A stretch of 63,918 nt of DNA, filler included, from Hausera hauseri (Eukaryota): assembly GCA_046269625.1 (NCBI GenBank). It is 11 parts of 11 records of this genome, joined end to end, with 100 filler letters (N's around TTAATTAATTAA, not from the genome) between each part and the next. Parts side by side here need not be neighbours in the genome. Positions count along the whole stretch, not along the records: positions 49,442 to 53,868 come from JBJURY010587555.1; positions 53,969 to 59,346 come from JBJURY010267397.1; positions 59,447 to 63,918 come from JBJURY010564672.1; 8 more parts are not named here. One strand, written 5' to 3'. The translations under genes and the position numbers were made by a program. The notes below the pieces were generated by a model, which searched no databases, was not told the DNA's origin, and saw nothing but the letters and a program-made list of their open reading frames with translations. Positions 49,700 through 62,092 of the stretch are shown one piece after another (within the stretch, counting starts at the first letter, position 1; every line of letters starts with the position of its first letter).

Positions 49700-52600
49700 T
49701 TATGCATTTGAAGAATTTGAAAACGTTGAAGGTGGCAGGAAACAATAGTATCACATCGAGCTGTACTGTATTCGGAAGATTTTATTGCCGATGTAGGCGA
49801 AAAGTTGGATGAGAAAATCGCCAAGTATACCGAAAAGGGTAGTGGATGGCGAATTATACGAATTGTCATATTCCGCTTTATCATAACAAAGTCGAATGAC
49901 GTGGTATATTTGTCTGGACGGTCATTCATATTGACACCTGCATCTCTAAAGCAGTCTCTGGCGGTAGTGAATGTACAAAATACTGACGACAAATACTGTT
50001 TTCTGTACAATATTCTGGCTGTATTTAACTACAGCGAAGTGAACAGATATCATGCAAATCGTCCAAATCAGTATCGGCAGTATTTTTGCGAATTGCAATT
50101 TGATGAATGCTGGATGCCGATGAAACTGAAATCCATTCCGGCTTTTGAACGGCGTAATCCAACGCTGTCAATCAACGTTTTCCGGTACAACACAATAATT
50201 GAAATACCGGAAGACGAAGAAATTTATAAGAACCCTGATATGGACATAATTTATCGTAGTCGGAACCCGAATGGACCCTCGGTAAATTTGTTGCTGTTGG
50301 AGCAAGCGGAAGAATTTCATTATGTGACAGTCACAAATCTGGATAGACTGCTGAACATGGAGCAGGATCAGTTCATCAAAAAGCTAATACGATGCACATG
50401 GTGTCCTGTATGTCTGCATGGATTCAGATCGGAAACAACGTGGGCGAAACATGTCACGCAATGCAGGTTAAATGCATCAGGGACAACAATGTACGTCATG
50501 CCCGTCAAAAAGGAGCTCAGATTCAGTGAATCGTCTAAAACGGACAGTCCGGCATATGTGGTATATACCGATATCGAAGCAATTCTACCACGGCATAATG
50601 TATACGATAACAACCATGTTCCAATTGCCGTCAGTATGTTGCTAGTACCAATAAAAGCCGCCGGGCAACCGCAGTATTACGTTTTCTATGGTTGGAACAG
50701 TGTACGTGATTTCCTGCAGCAGTTGGAAACCATAGTGAAAACGGAAATCGCTCTGTGGTATCGCAAAAATTGCAATAAGCCATTGATTTAGGCAGAGAAA
50801 TATCAAACGTTTCTTTTTGCTGTCATTAATAAATGCTATCTGTGCCACAAAATAATACAGTTTGATGCACAGGAACGGCTCGTACCGGATCACGACCATT
50901 TCAGCGGTCGATACTTCGGAGCAGCATGCAATTTATGAAATTTAGCAAGCCGAGTGCGACCATTCCTTCCGGCTATCTTTCATAATTTCCGAGGTTATGA
51001 CTGTTACCATATTCTGAAATTGGCCAGTAAAGGCCTTCTGCATGGGAAACTGTCCATAATCCCAACGACAATGGAAAAATACTTATCGCTGTCGTCACGA
51101 GTAAGCCAATTCCAGGTACGCTTCCTTCATTTATTGCAATTTTTCAATGAATCATTGGCGAAGCTGGTAAATGCCTTGCCAGATGTGCCAATAGCACTGA
51201 TGCAGTTCCCTGTAAATATTGCACGCAGCAAAGGCATTTTTCCATATAACTTCACAACATCATATGAGCGACTCCGAACAGCAAAGGAATTACCGCCGTG
51301 ATGGATAGGTATCGCAGAGGATGAATATCGGAGAGCATAAGAATCTTGGACAGAACTGGGATGTAAAAACATGTTTGATTACATGCTCCAGTATCTCAAA
51401 CTGGACGTGTACTTATTAGCCGACGTGTTCAAAGCATTTCGGACCGAAACGCTAGCGAAAGGTAGGTTGAAGCCACTCAACTTTTATTTCATACCGGGAA
51501 TGAGTAGGGCGCAGCTCTAATGTCGCTGGATCGAGACATTGAGCTACTGCAAGACCCGGAAATGTACCGAATGTTTGGTATTATTTTCGGCGGCATGACG
51601 TTTGTCAACAAGCATAAGGTCAGTGCTACCGATATCACATCACTGCTGTATATTTATATTAATAACCTGTACGGCTAGGCGCTTTCACAACCCCTGCCGT
51701 AAGGTTCATTTGAATGTGTAGTCGACAGAAAAGATCTGGACGATATAATCGTCAACCTACCACGAGCAGACACGGCAGGCTTAGTCGGATACTTAATGGA
51801 GGTTGACCTCAAGATACCAGATGAGCTGCATGATGTTTTGGACGATTTACCGGTCGCACTATTTAACCAATGTCCGCCAGGCTCAAAACTGAAGAAACTG
51901 CTAATGGCGCATGCACCGAAGCGGAATTACGTTGTCCATTGGCGTCTGCTACAGTTCTACATGCAGCTCGGTGTATATGTCACACAGCTACATCGTGCAA
52001 TACGATTTGCTCAGGCACCCATATTCAAGGCGTACATAGATGGAAATTGGGAGAAACGAGCCGCAGCTTGTAAAAAGTTCAAAAAGGACTACTAAAAGCT
52101 GGAAAACAATTCCATATACGGAAAAACAGTGGAGAGTTTGAAAAAGCGGCTCAATGTGTGCCTATGTAACTCGGAAAACCAGCAAGACACAGTTTCGGAA
52201 GGTCAATGCATATTACTGACCGATTGGTTGCGCTGCTGTCAAACAGGGAAGAAGTCGTTTTGGACCGACCAAGTTACATCGGACAAGTAGTATTGGATCT
52301 GAACAAGTTACGGATGTATGAGCTACAGTATCGCAACCTGACACGTTACCGGCAAATGCTTGACGGCTGCAATATTGACATAATTGCCGGTGACACAGAC
52401 AGTTTTTACCTACGGCTGGAAAAAGTCAATAGCAAACATCTACTGCAGCAAATGCAGTCAGATGGATTGCTGGACACGTCCAACCACCCACCGGATCATC
52501 CGTTGTACAGCAGCGCGATCACCAATAAAATCGGCCGCTTCAAGGATGAAAGTTAAGGTCGCGTTCGGTATCGGGAATGGATATTCCTACGCCAAAAGTG

Positions 52601-52832
52601 CTACAGTTTCCTGACGGACTGTGGACCAAAAATGCGGACAAATGGAATCCAGCTTAGACAGACGGAAACCGGCCACGGTGATCATCGCCATATATATGAA
52701 GAAGAAAAAGGAAAATCATTGACTGTTGTGTCTCAAACGATCATCCGATCAATTGAACACCATCTGTACACAATAACTAGTGCGAAAGTCGCTATGTCAT
52801 ATAACGATGATAAGCGAAGGTGGGTGGGGTGA
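49700..52832 (+). pseudogene. Polinton/Maverick protein-primed DNA polymerase B
   Basis: KGSGW, VNVQNTDDKYCF, DHDHFSGRYFGAAC, FHNFRGYD, KGIFPY, DVYLLADVF, NNLYG, KLENNSIYGKT, DTDSF; stops and frameshifts. Confidence 0.93.
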
Positions 52833-53170
52833 AATAAGAATTGGGTGTAGGGAAATTGGCGGCTCAAATAAACGCACGTCCAAACAATCGGTGCTCTGCC
52901 TGTTCAGACAAATCAGTTCAGTTCAGTTCAGTTACTGTGACAATCATTGAAAATTATCCGATGTATATTGTTTTTTATATTTCAATAACGTATTTTGTTC
53001 AGTGTCTTTTGTGTTTTGTTTTCGGTTACTTATTTAACCTATTATTATTAAGATACAACTAAAAATAAAACAATAACCTTGTACGAGAAAACAAAATATG
53101 TAACACGAATACATTTATTTATTGGTCGGAGAAAAACATCACAAAAACGCAGTCAGTTATCATCATCGTA

Positions 53171-53644
53171 TCAGTAAATCATAGAAAACTTCCCCATTTT
53201 ACATATTGGGAATTTGACACCGCTCCTTTTCTGGAATCCTTTGAGCTTCAGTGTCACGTAGCCTTTAGCTCCTTCTGGCGGCAAAACTGCTTTTGCTGCT
53301 TCTCCGCCATGTGAACTGACAATTTTCGCCATATTTCCTTTGAGAAAAATCGACAATGTATCTCGGGTATCGTCACTCAACGCCAAGTCACTATCAATTT
53401 TTCTAATTGTGTCTTCCATCGTTTCCAAATCATCGTCGCTCATCTTTTTCACCAATGGACCATATTTCACCAGTTTGATTTTGACCATTTGCATGAATAA
53501 AAATTGAATAGCGTTGCGCAGATAATGTAAGTTGTATCCATTATACAACCGGGAATTTCTGAGCGAATATTCACTATACCGTGGCTTTTTTGAGAGACTG
53601 TCACCTGAAGAATTAAGACAAACGTGAAATGAAATTGGATCCAT
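53171..53644 (-). CDS. Hypothetical protein convergent with pPolB (probable Polinton accessory gene)
   Basis: Intact 157-aa ATG-initiated intronless ORF. Confidence 0.5.
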   Translation of the reverse strand: MDPISFHVCLNSSGDSLSKKPRYSEYSLRNSRLYNGYNLHYLRNAIQFLFMQMVKIKLVKYGPLVKKMSDDDLETMEDTIRKIDSDLALSDDTRDTLSIFLKGNMAKIVSSHGGEAAKAVLPPEGAKGYVTLKLKGFQKRSGVKFPICKMGKFSMIY

Positions 53645-53968
53645 ATTTACATCACCGCTTTGTTTTCACTGCAAACGATAGACATTTACTTTCTGAGTAT
53701 TGTCTCATATCACAATGATACAAATTACCTCCACGTCATTGAAGCTCCTGTTCGATTATTGACGTCATTCGTAATGTGTACAATTTCCATTATAGTACAT
53801 TTACGTTCTGGACATTGGGTTGTTACTTTGTTGGAACACATTTGACAAACAACAACATGGCCGCACATNNNNNNNNNNNNNNNNNNNNNNNNNNNNNNNN
53901 NNNNNNNNNNNNTTAATTAATTAANNNNNNNNNNNNNNNNNNNNNNNNNNNNNNNNNNNNNNNNNNNN

Positions 53969-56900
53969 TACTAAAGTGAACATGAATAGTAAACATCAGA
54001 ACATAGGACGTTTGTCCAACCGTTTAATGGAAAAGGAACAAAAGCCTTCAAGACTTGGATTTCCCAAATAGAGAAATACGCATATCTAGTAAAAGCAACG
54101 GAAGCGGAAGAGAAAGAACTGGCGTATATGACGTTGAACGCGCTAGCCAATGATTTTATTCGAATGAGATTTAGTTCACACCGGAATGAGTCCTGGGAAG
54201 ACTTCAAGAAGACATTGGCCAGTTGTTACGCGGAAGTGAGTGACACACATTACGCGATAGTGGCACTACGGAAAATAAAACAAGAAAGAGAAGAAGCAGT
54301 CCAACTGTATGGGATCGAATGTTGAATATGGCAGAAGAAGCATACGTCGGACAAGACATAATGACACCGGAAATAGGGAAACTGTTAATTCCGATTTTCA
54401 CCGACGGCTTGTGGAATACCAGGATCAAGATCAAGCTAATGAAAGACGAGCCCAAGACAATTCAAGAAGCCATACAAACGGCAGTTGAAGACGAAAAGTT
54501 TAGTAAGAGAATAAATATACGGTTGGGTCGAGAAAAATACGATGATCGGAGAGAGGAACAAATGGACGTTGACCAGTATCACCCTAAATGGCAAGGGAGA
54601 TCCCATGACCATCACAGAAATAGAGAGGGGAGACATGATCGCAAGAAGTTTGTAAGAAGTGGAAAGGAGAATACAATGTTATAGTTGTGGCAAACTCGGC
54701 CACATGGCAAAAGAATGCAAAAAGCAAAACGATGAGACCAGTAGAGGTGAACCGAAAAATGTACGAGGGTAAACAATGCTTCAAATGCGGCAAGACGGGA
54801 CACTTTGCCAAAGTATGTAGAGCGAATAACACAAATGAGCGAGGGGATAGTAGAAACCAAATGCAACAGGGAAACAGAAGTCCTGCTCAGTGTTAGGGCT
54901 CATGCAGGGCAGGAGAATAGTAAGGGCCCATCAGAACAGTATAAATAGAAGTAGAACAGAAGTGAAACGACGAATTCGAGGTGGAGCAAATCACACAGAA
55001 AGCAGACAATTAGCAAGATATCGACCGAATAAAACAAGACTTGACAGCCAAGATAACGAACATAACAGAAGAACTCGGGAGAATCACCGACATAGAACAG
55101 AAGCGAGACAGGAAATAAGATATACACGGCGCAGAGTCAGGAAGCCGAGAAACAGAAGCACGGGACGAAATACTAGAGAAATCAGAAACCAAAAGAATTA
55201 TGAGAACTACAAGAGAACAAGTAATAGGAACCGAAGTTTAAGTAAGGGAAACGACATGAAACAAGGTCAAGGTAGAGAAAAACAGACATTACAAAGGAAA
55301 TGGAATGTGAACCAAAGGGTAACCCGAAGCAAACGAAACAGAAGCAAAGTGGAAAGTAAAGATAATCAATATCGTGGGCATATCGCATGCAAAGATCAAA
55401 TTGAAGAAGGCAAAGGCAGATATACTAAAGAAAGTCAAAGTCAGAAACGGGAAGTAGAACCAATGGAGATTGATGAAACTAAGAAGAAACAGCAGCAGGC
55501 GAGAGAAGCAAGTAACAAACCCCAAAGATATATCCAACCCATACCCCGACAAAAGAAAGAAGTTAACACCCACTTCCCAAATTCCGAAAACCAACGACCC
55601 GGTCCCACACGACAGCGAATGGAGACGCCAAACGGAAAATGGAAATGACAAAGAACATGGACAACACAACCCAGAGAAAAAAGCGAACCTAGAAGAAAAT
55701 ATGAGATCAACTACACCGAAGATCCTAGTTCGTGTTTAATATACTTCGGCAAAGTAAGAGTCAGATGCCTAATAGACACCGGAGCGCAAATACGTATACT
55801 AAGTGAACGAGTATACAGAATGCTGAAAAACCCAGGAAAGATCACAAAACAGGATGTAGACTTGAGAACCGTGTCCGGAAGCACACTCAAGGTGATAGGA
55901 AAAACTACGGTACAGTTTACGATTGGAGGAAATGTAATGAAACACAACTTTCTGGTGGTCAAGAACATATGTAGGAGTGCGATAATCGGGCGAGATTTCT
56001 TGCAGAAGCACAACGTCCGCATTTACTTTGATTTAAAGAAAATCCGAATCAAAGATCAGTATATCGACTTGGAAGACGACATTCATATTGCCTCGATAAA
56101 AGAGTAAAAAGGAAAGCCACGATGAAGCCCAATTCAGTGAACATTGTAGTAGCCATGATGAAGCGAAGCGAGTACTGGACAGAAGGGGAAGATGTAATGG
56201 TAACACCACTAGAAGGGAGAGAAATCGTTGAAGAACCGGGACTTCAAATCGTGTGTGGAGTAGTGAAGATAGATAGGAAAAAGGAAATGCCAGTGATGAT
56301 AATAAATCATGCAGGAAAAACGATCACTTTACAGAAAGGGTGTGTCATAGCAAAAGCCGACAAGACCGAAGCACCAGTATGTGCAGCGGTGAATATAACA
56401 GGGAACAGAGATGAATATTGGAAGGAGAAAAGACAAAGAAGGTTACACAGAGACGAGGTATTGAAGGAAATAAGAGAAGGCCTGTGGAGACGAAGACAAG
56501 AGAAAATCATTGCAGAGGTCAGCCAAGATAGTGACAGAACAGCAAAACTGCTAGAAACGCTGAAAGTAGACGCCAACCATCGTGAACGCATAGAAAAATT
56601 TGTAAGGAAGCATGCCGATGTATTTGCCTTATCTGACATGGAACTTGGTCGAACCCAGACGGTCACAATGAAAATCGAGATGGGAGACCATGCTCCAATA
56701 AGCCTAAAACCCTACCGGACACCGTTGGGGAATCGAGAAATTGTAGAGAGAGCTGTAGAGGATATGTTAAAGGCCGGCGTTATTGAGAGAACCAGGTCGG
56801 AATGGTCCTTTCCGGTGGTCATCGTCACAAAGAAAGACGGTTCACATCGCTTTTGTGTTGACTACCACCAGCTGAATGCAATACCTGCTAATGTCAGCTA

Positions 56901-57225
56901 TCCTATGCCACTTATTGACGATATCCTCGGACTTCTCGATGGTACGACCTATTTTACCACACTAGACGCTAGGTCGGGTTTCTGGGCAATACCGTTGTCA
57001 CACAGAGGCTAAACAGAAAAATTCATTTTGCACCCACACTGATCTATACTCCTGGAACGTTATGCCTTTTGGTCTAAAGGGATCCCCAGCGACGTATATG
57101 TCCTTAATGAACATCGTGTTGGAGGGCATGCAACGATTCGCTTTGGCATACATTGATGACGTCCTCATATTTACCAAAGGAGACATCGAGGATCACCTGA
57201 ACCATGTGGAAAACGTTTTTCACCA
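53969..57225 (+). mobile_element. Truncated Gypsy element: gag (2 CCHC), basic spacer, PR, RT
   Basis: CYSCGKLGHMAKEC, CFKCGKTGHFAKVC, CLIDTGA, FCVDYHQLN, LDARSGFW, MPFGL, YIDD; breaks off at ~57225. Confidence 0.92.
54869..54910 (+). promoter_or_regulatory. -1 frameshift site G GGA AAC plus stem
   Basis: Heptamer in the correct phase; the -1 frame is ORF 54890-55648; stem GTCCTGC (54880-54886)/GCAGGGC (54904-54910). Confidence 0.75.
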
Positions 57226-58053
57226 ATTGATTGTTCTCCGCCGGGAAGAAAAATTCATACAGCGAGTTGGTCTGGCGCCTTCCACTGGAAACCAATTAAT
57301 ATTGTTATTCCAAATACTGGATAAATTTTAATTTGAAATGTTTTAATTAACTTCTTTGCTATATTCATTACCAAGTCTCCTATTAAATGGTTATGTCTCT
57401 TTTTCACGTCTTTCTGTCTACAAGGTTATCACGTCTTGCTGGGTATGAGGACGATATTAGCTTCGCGGTCTCAAGGTAAAGCACCCGGGTTCAAACACCA
57501 GTGGACACATTAAACGTTTTTCTCCTGGATCCTTTGGTAAAATGTACCCATATTCTCTGTGTAGTGTATATTGTTGTGCAGGTAAACAATCTTTTGGCAA
57601 CTGCAAATCGAACAAGAGCAGGCATAACAGCTTCCGCTATTCAAACATTGTTCGCAAAGTATATCCTACCTCCGTGATATTTGTTCGTACAACCGAGGTT
57701 CGTGAACTCATCTTGGATATTCCAAAAAGTAGATCGGAGAACTTATGGACATATATATCCGCGTGAGAAAATTTGACGCTTGGACTAAACTAGGGGTGAT
57801 CCAAAATTAGAATTTGTTTTCGAAACAATTGAAACATCATTAGAGACTAAACGATACGGCAGACTGCGTGCGCTACAAACAACAGTGAAGTTCATACAAG
57901 AGACAGCTTTACAACATACCGAGTGTTTCAAGCGAACGAAAGACGAAATTTCGAACAAACATGAATGTGAAACAACACAGAATGTATACAACTTTATATG
58001 ATCGTAGAATAACTGACTTTAACTAAAATTCAAAATAGGCCTCAGTATGTGCA

Positions 58054-58123
58054 GCGGGTGTCCGGAGTCGGTCACAAAACTATCAACTGCGGGTGTCCGG
58101 AGTTGGTCACAAAATTATCAACT
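58054..58123. repeat. 35-nt tandem duplication
   Basis: GCGGGTGTCCGGAGT(C/T)GGTCACAAAA(C/T)TATCAACT x2. Confidence 0.9.
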
Positions 58124-58420
58124 CCATCTTTATATTTCTAGTGTTTTCGAGGATCAATTGTATCGGTTTCTAAAAACTGTAGGACTTTTGAAATGTTTCT
58201 AGAATTAGCGTTTGTGTGCATGACAAGAACAACTGTTTTAACCGGTAACATCAACAATTAATTTGTTTCCTTGGGGCAGGACCGAAAGGAAAGGTTGGCG
58301 TTTTCTAGGTCTGTCAATCAAATTAAGACCTATCCTTAATATAGCTCTGCTCTCAGCTAGGAACAGATAATGTTCTGCCGGTACTTCCTCCTGCACTTCT
58401 CTTTCTGTTTATTTGTTTAC

Positions 58421-58472
58421 GTGTGTGTGTATATGAGTGAGTGTGTGTTTGTGTGTGTGTGTGCGCGCGCGC
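58421..58472. repeat. (TG)n/(CG)n microsatellite
   Basis: Direct reading. Confidence 0.85.
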
Positions 58473-59095
58473 CTCGCGAATGTAAGCTGTATGATCGACC
58501 TACGATAGTGAGGACCATATTCCGCAATCAATCAAATTGATTGGCTCTAATCTACTCAAAGCCGTTCACGAACGTTTTGCCTGCGACAGGCGTCTGTATG
58601 TGAGCAAGATGTCCCTCACCAGGATCCTAGAGCAATTACTAAGTACTGGAAAGAAATAGCCGATATGTTGTCTGGACGCTTTGTGATTGCAACCTTCATC
58701 TCAGGAACGGCGCAAAGCAGTCCATCAAAACACATGTCAAGGGAGTTAAGTAAAACTGAAGATTGTGGTAGGAAAGACATGTACCCAGACAAATAAAAAA
58801 AAAACACAAACGGAAACAGAGGGATGCGCCTTTAAAACTCAGAGAGATACAAACATAAGAAACAAATAGATAATACATTTCGCGTCATTGGAAAAGAAGA
58901 TAAAATAGAACGTCCTACACAAGTTCATGGGTACACGTGGCTAGAATCAGATTGGTTGGAAAGTAACGAACTGGCGACCAGAACAAGTCATAAGATGACG
59001 CGCTGTCCACCTACCGGAGTTACTGCCCATACTTTGTAATGAACAGAAGCATTTTGTATTAGGGAATGAAATTACATGCTATTCATTTTGGTGAT

Positions 59096-59346
59096 CGTGG
59101 ACAACCTTGTCCCACTCCGAGCATCTGTTTCATAGCTTTTGGGAGGAGATGCCTTTCTGTGGGGCAGCAGATTACAATGATGTCAGCTTGGCTGAGCGTG
59201 GACAACCTTGTCCCACACCGAGCATCTGTTTCATAGCTTTTGGGAGGAGATGACTTTCTGTGGGACAGCAGGTTATATTGCTGTCAGCTTGGCTGAGCGT
59301 CGACAACCTGATTCCACACGAAGCATCTGTTTCATGGCAAAGCCCA
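59096..59346. repeat. 101-nt unit satellite, ~2.4 copies to the contig end
   Basis: Units start at 59096, 59197 and 59298. Confidence 0.92.
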
Positions 59347-59446
59347 NNNNNNNNNNNNNNNNNNNNNNNNNNNNNNNNNNNNNNNNNNNNTTAATTAATT
59401 AANNNNNNNNNNNNNNNNNNNNNNNNNNNNNNNNNNNNNNNNNNNN

Positions 59447-59609
59447 GCTTGCGACAACCCATAATACGACACTTTCCTGATTGAAATATGGTGCATGTAA
59501 AATCCGATGGGTACTTGAGGATATACTGCCTCGGCTTCCATTGATTAAAAGGTAGTGTGTTAATGTCACATTCGGTAATATGTTCTAGATACTTGATATC
59601 AGCTAACAT
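59447..59609 (-). CDS. N-terminus of a TBP-fold-like protein, divergent from the Polinton ATPase
   Basis: FTCTIFQSGKCRIMGCRK resembles the TBP repeat motif IF-x-SGK-x3-G. Confidence 0.45.
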
Positions 59610-59696
59610 TATGGAAACTGTTTACTATAGCTATTTATGTGTGTAACATGATTATAAACAAATCATTTGAGGAAAGTTTGTATTATTATTATTTAG

Positions 59697-60349
59697 ATGA
59701 AGCTGCAGAGTGATGCAATTTTCCAGATTGTAGGCCCCAGTGGAAGTGGCAAAACGCACTTTGTGCGTAAACTATTGCAGAATTACCGTGACATGTTCCA
59801 TTTATCTCGGTACAATCACATTTACTGGCATCAGGGTGTTGGTAATGATAGTGAGTCCGGTTTGACAAATCCGGAAATTTTGTAAATTAAAATCGATAAC
59901 GGTAATTGATGGATTTGATGAGAACTAGTCTGAGAGATTACGCAATGGTGACGTTATGTCATTGACGATTTATTTCAGGAAGCTGCAAAACAATCAGACT
60001 TCAACAACCTGTTCACGAAGATTGCTCGACACTGGCGTAACGGTTATTTTCATTACGCAAAACGTGTTCCATCAAGATGGACAGCATCGAACAAGAAATC
60101 TAAACATACACTATTTGGTGTTGTTCAAAAATCCCCGTGATCAGACTATCATTATGTTGCACGACAAGCATTCCCTCACAACCGAGCCTACTTGATATAT
60201 GCATAACATGGTGCTATGAACAAACTGCATGGATATGTTTATTGACTTTACACAACAGTCCCGATGATATGCGTGTACGAACAGATATTTTTAGTCAGAA
60301 AGGTGAACATGTCTATAAACAAATTCGAAAATCGACGACATCATTGTGA
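59697..60349 (+). pseudogene. Polinton packaging ATPase (A32/FtsK-like)
   Basis: Walker A GPSGSGKT, Walker B VIDDL, VIFITQNVF, N-x-HYLVLFKNPRD. Confidence 0.9.
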
Positions 60350-60539
60350 TAAAATGAAGAATTTCCGAAAAACAATTGTGAAACGTAAACCTACCAAGCG
60401 GGTGTCCGACCAGAAACGTGTATCAATACTAATTTCTACAGTTGAGCGATTAATCAATTCTGTGCTTCGAACAACAGCTAGAAGCAAATTACCGTCACAG
60501 TGGCAACAGCTATAAACAACTACGTCTCATCAGCATCAA

Positions 60540-60863
60540 TACGTGCAAAAAATGCGATTCAAGCGTAATCAGCCGTACTTTATCGCTTTGCTCAAGGTAC
60601 CTACAAGACATAAGCGAAACATGCGACGATCATTCCTGCAATTTGTAGTAGACGATTTGATGGAAATTTCGTTGTGAGTCACGTTGACATTGGTAGTGGA
60701 AAGTGGAATTTACTAAAGTGTCGAAAACGGCTCATTGGCCTTGCCAACGCACGTAGTAAACGAATGAAACGAGATTATGTACCAACAAGACGGAAAATTC
60801 CTTGGTGCAATTTTACCCCTTATCACGTCATTACTGGGTAGACTCATTGGTGGAACAGTTTAG
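60540..60863 (+). pseudogene. Small basic Polinton virion protein ending in an amphipathic peptide
   Basis: C-terminal QQDGKFLGAILPLITSLLGRLIGG. Confidence 0.55.
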
Positions 60864-60899
60864 TAAAAACAATGACAGTATATGATTTAGCGATATGGA

Positions 60900-61385
60900 T
60901 GCATGGTTTTCATCATTTTGTCCCAGTTTACCGAATCTTTCATCGACGAAATTTGTGCTCGTTACATTTCAAACAACTGCGCAACAAACGGGCAGTTGTA
61001 CCACCGATTCGGAAACGTTTGCCCATAGCAATGTGAGTTACATCAGTTTGGGTACGAATGCGGATTTCTTTGAGGCATACTAGAAGGATTTCGAGACCGA
61101 CGATTACGCTTGCAGACATATGCAATCTGTCGTGTGCCACATGTGTTTGCTGAACAAAAATGTCAACAATGGCATATCGATGGATCAGTTCAAGTCCACC
61201 TATTCATTCTTCACCTTTGTCATGTCTCCGGATTATGACGTTGAACATACTTAACTATCTCAGCAGAGAAACCTACGATTGGAGGTTCACTTTGCTAAAG
61301 CGTTGGAGCAGTCTACCGTGATGTACATTTACTGTGTATTTATATCGAGGTGGAAATAACGAAAAACTGAACCGTCATTGTATGA
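60900..61385 (+). pseudogene. Polinton major capsid protein, C-terminal fragment
   Basis: FAHSNVSYISL...GISMDQF...FFTFVMSPD...NLRLEVHFAKALEQSTVMYIYC. Confidence 0.7.
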
Positions 61386-61760
61386 ATGAAACTTTCCTCT
61401 GTACCTGGAAGTAATTTATTACCATTACTCAACTGAGCTCAGTCACTATGGAAAACTGCTGTTGAGCGCGAAATTTCGTGGTGTGTTTCCACTGAACTCT
61501 ACGACAAACTGGCGGCGGTGGCTTTATTGTCAAAACACACGTCATCGTTACCTGGCGAACATTGCGTTACGAACTTCGTCATCAGAGTATTCGATCCGCT
61601 CGGATTTTACTATCCGTCATAGTTAGTTTCTAAAATTGAACGACAATCATCATCATCATACTGTGTTGAATATAATCGATTTCATAATCAGCATCCAATG
61701 ACTATACTGTGTGTACATTACTGCTTATTGTGGTGTGGATTATATTAAAATCACTTTTGT
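61383..61760 (+). pseudogene. Adenain-like cysteine protease fragment
   Basis: FRGVFP, LPGEHC (for GxHW), FDPLG, Q...CVHYCL. Confidence 0.7.
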
Positions 61761-61835
61761 GAAACGAAAAACACGTTTTCTCTTTTGTGAAATATATTAT
61801 TTTATTACTGTTGTTTTTGGTTAGTGTTTTGTGTA

Positions 61836-62092
61836 ACAAAAACAGATTGAAACAACGGTTAAAATGATGATGATGATGATGATTTTCATCAACGTTTTTC
61901 GCACACACCTTATAATCGTCTGATCGTGAGGCGGCTTTTCTCAAACTAATGGTGAGCTGCGTACGTGCTTAATCCATTTCCACCACCACCGTCTGGTATA
62001 AAGCAAAAACAAATTGAACTTTTTACAATAATGATGATGATGATTTTCAACGACGTTTTTCACCGATTTATAATCGTCTGATCGTGAGGCGG
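61836..62092. repeat. Subterminal ~95-nt direct repeat with (ATG)n
   Basis: Copies at ~61836-61934 and ~62002-62092 share TTATAATCGTCTGATCGTGAGGCGG. Confidence 0.85.

Noticed and set aside
57455-57510. tRNA gene
   Set aside because: Only a B-box-like GGTTCAAA and no cloverleaf; at most a SINE remnant.
59096-59346. Possible CRISPR-like array
   Set aside because: The whole 101-nt unit repeats with no unique spacers, and the context is eukaryotic.
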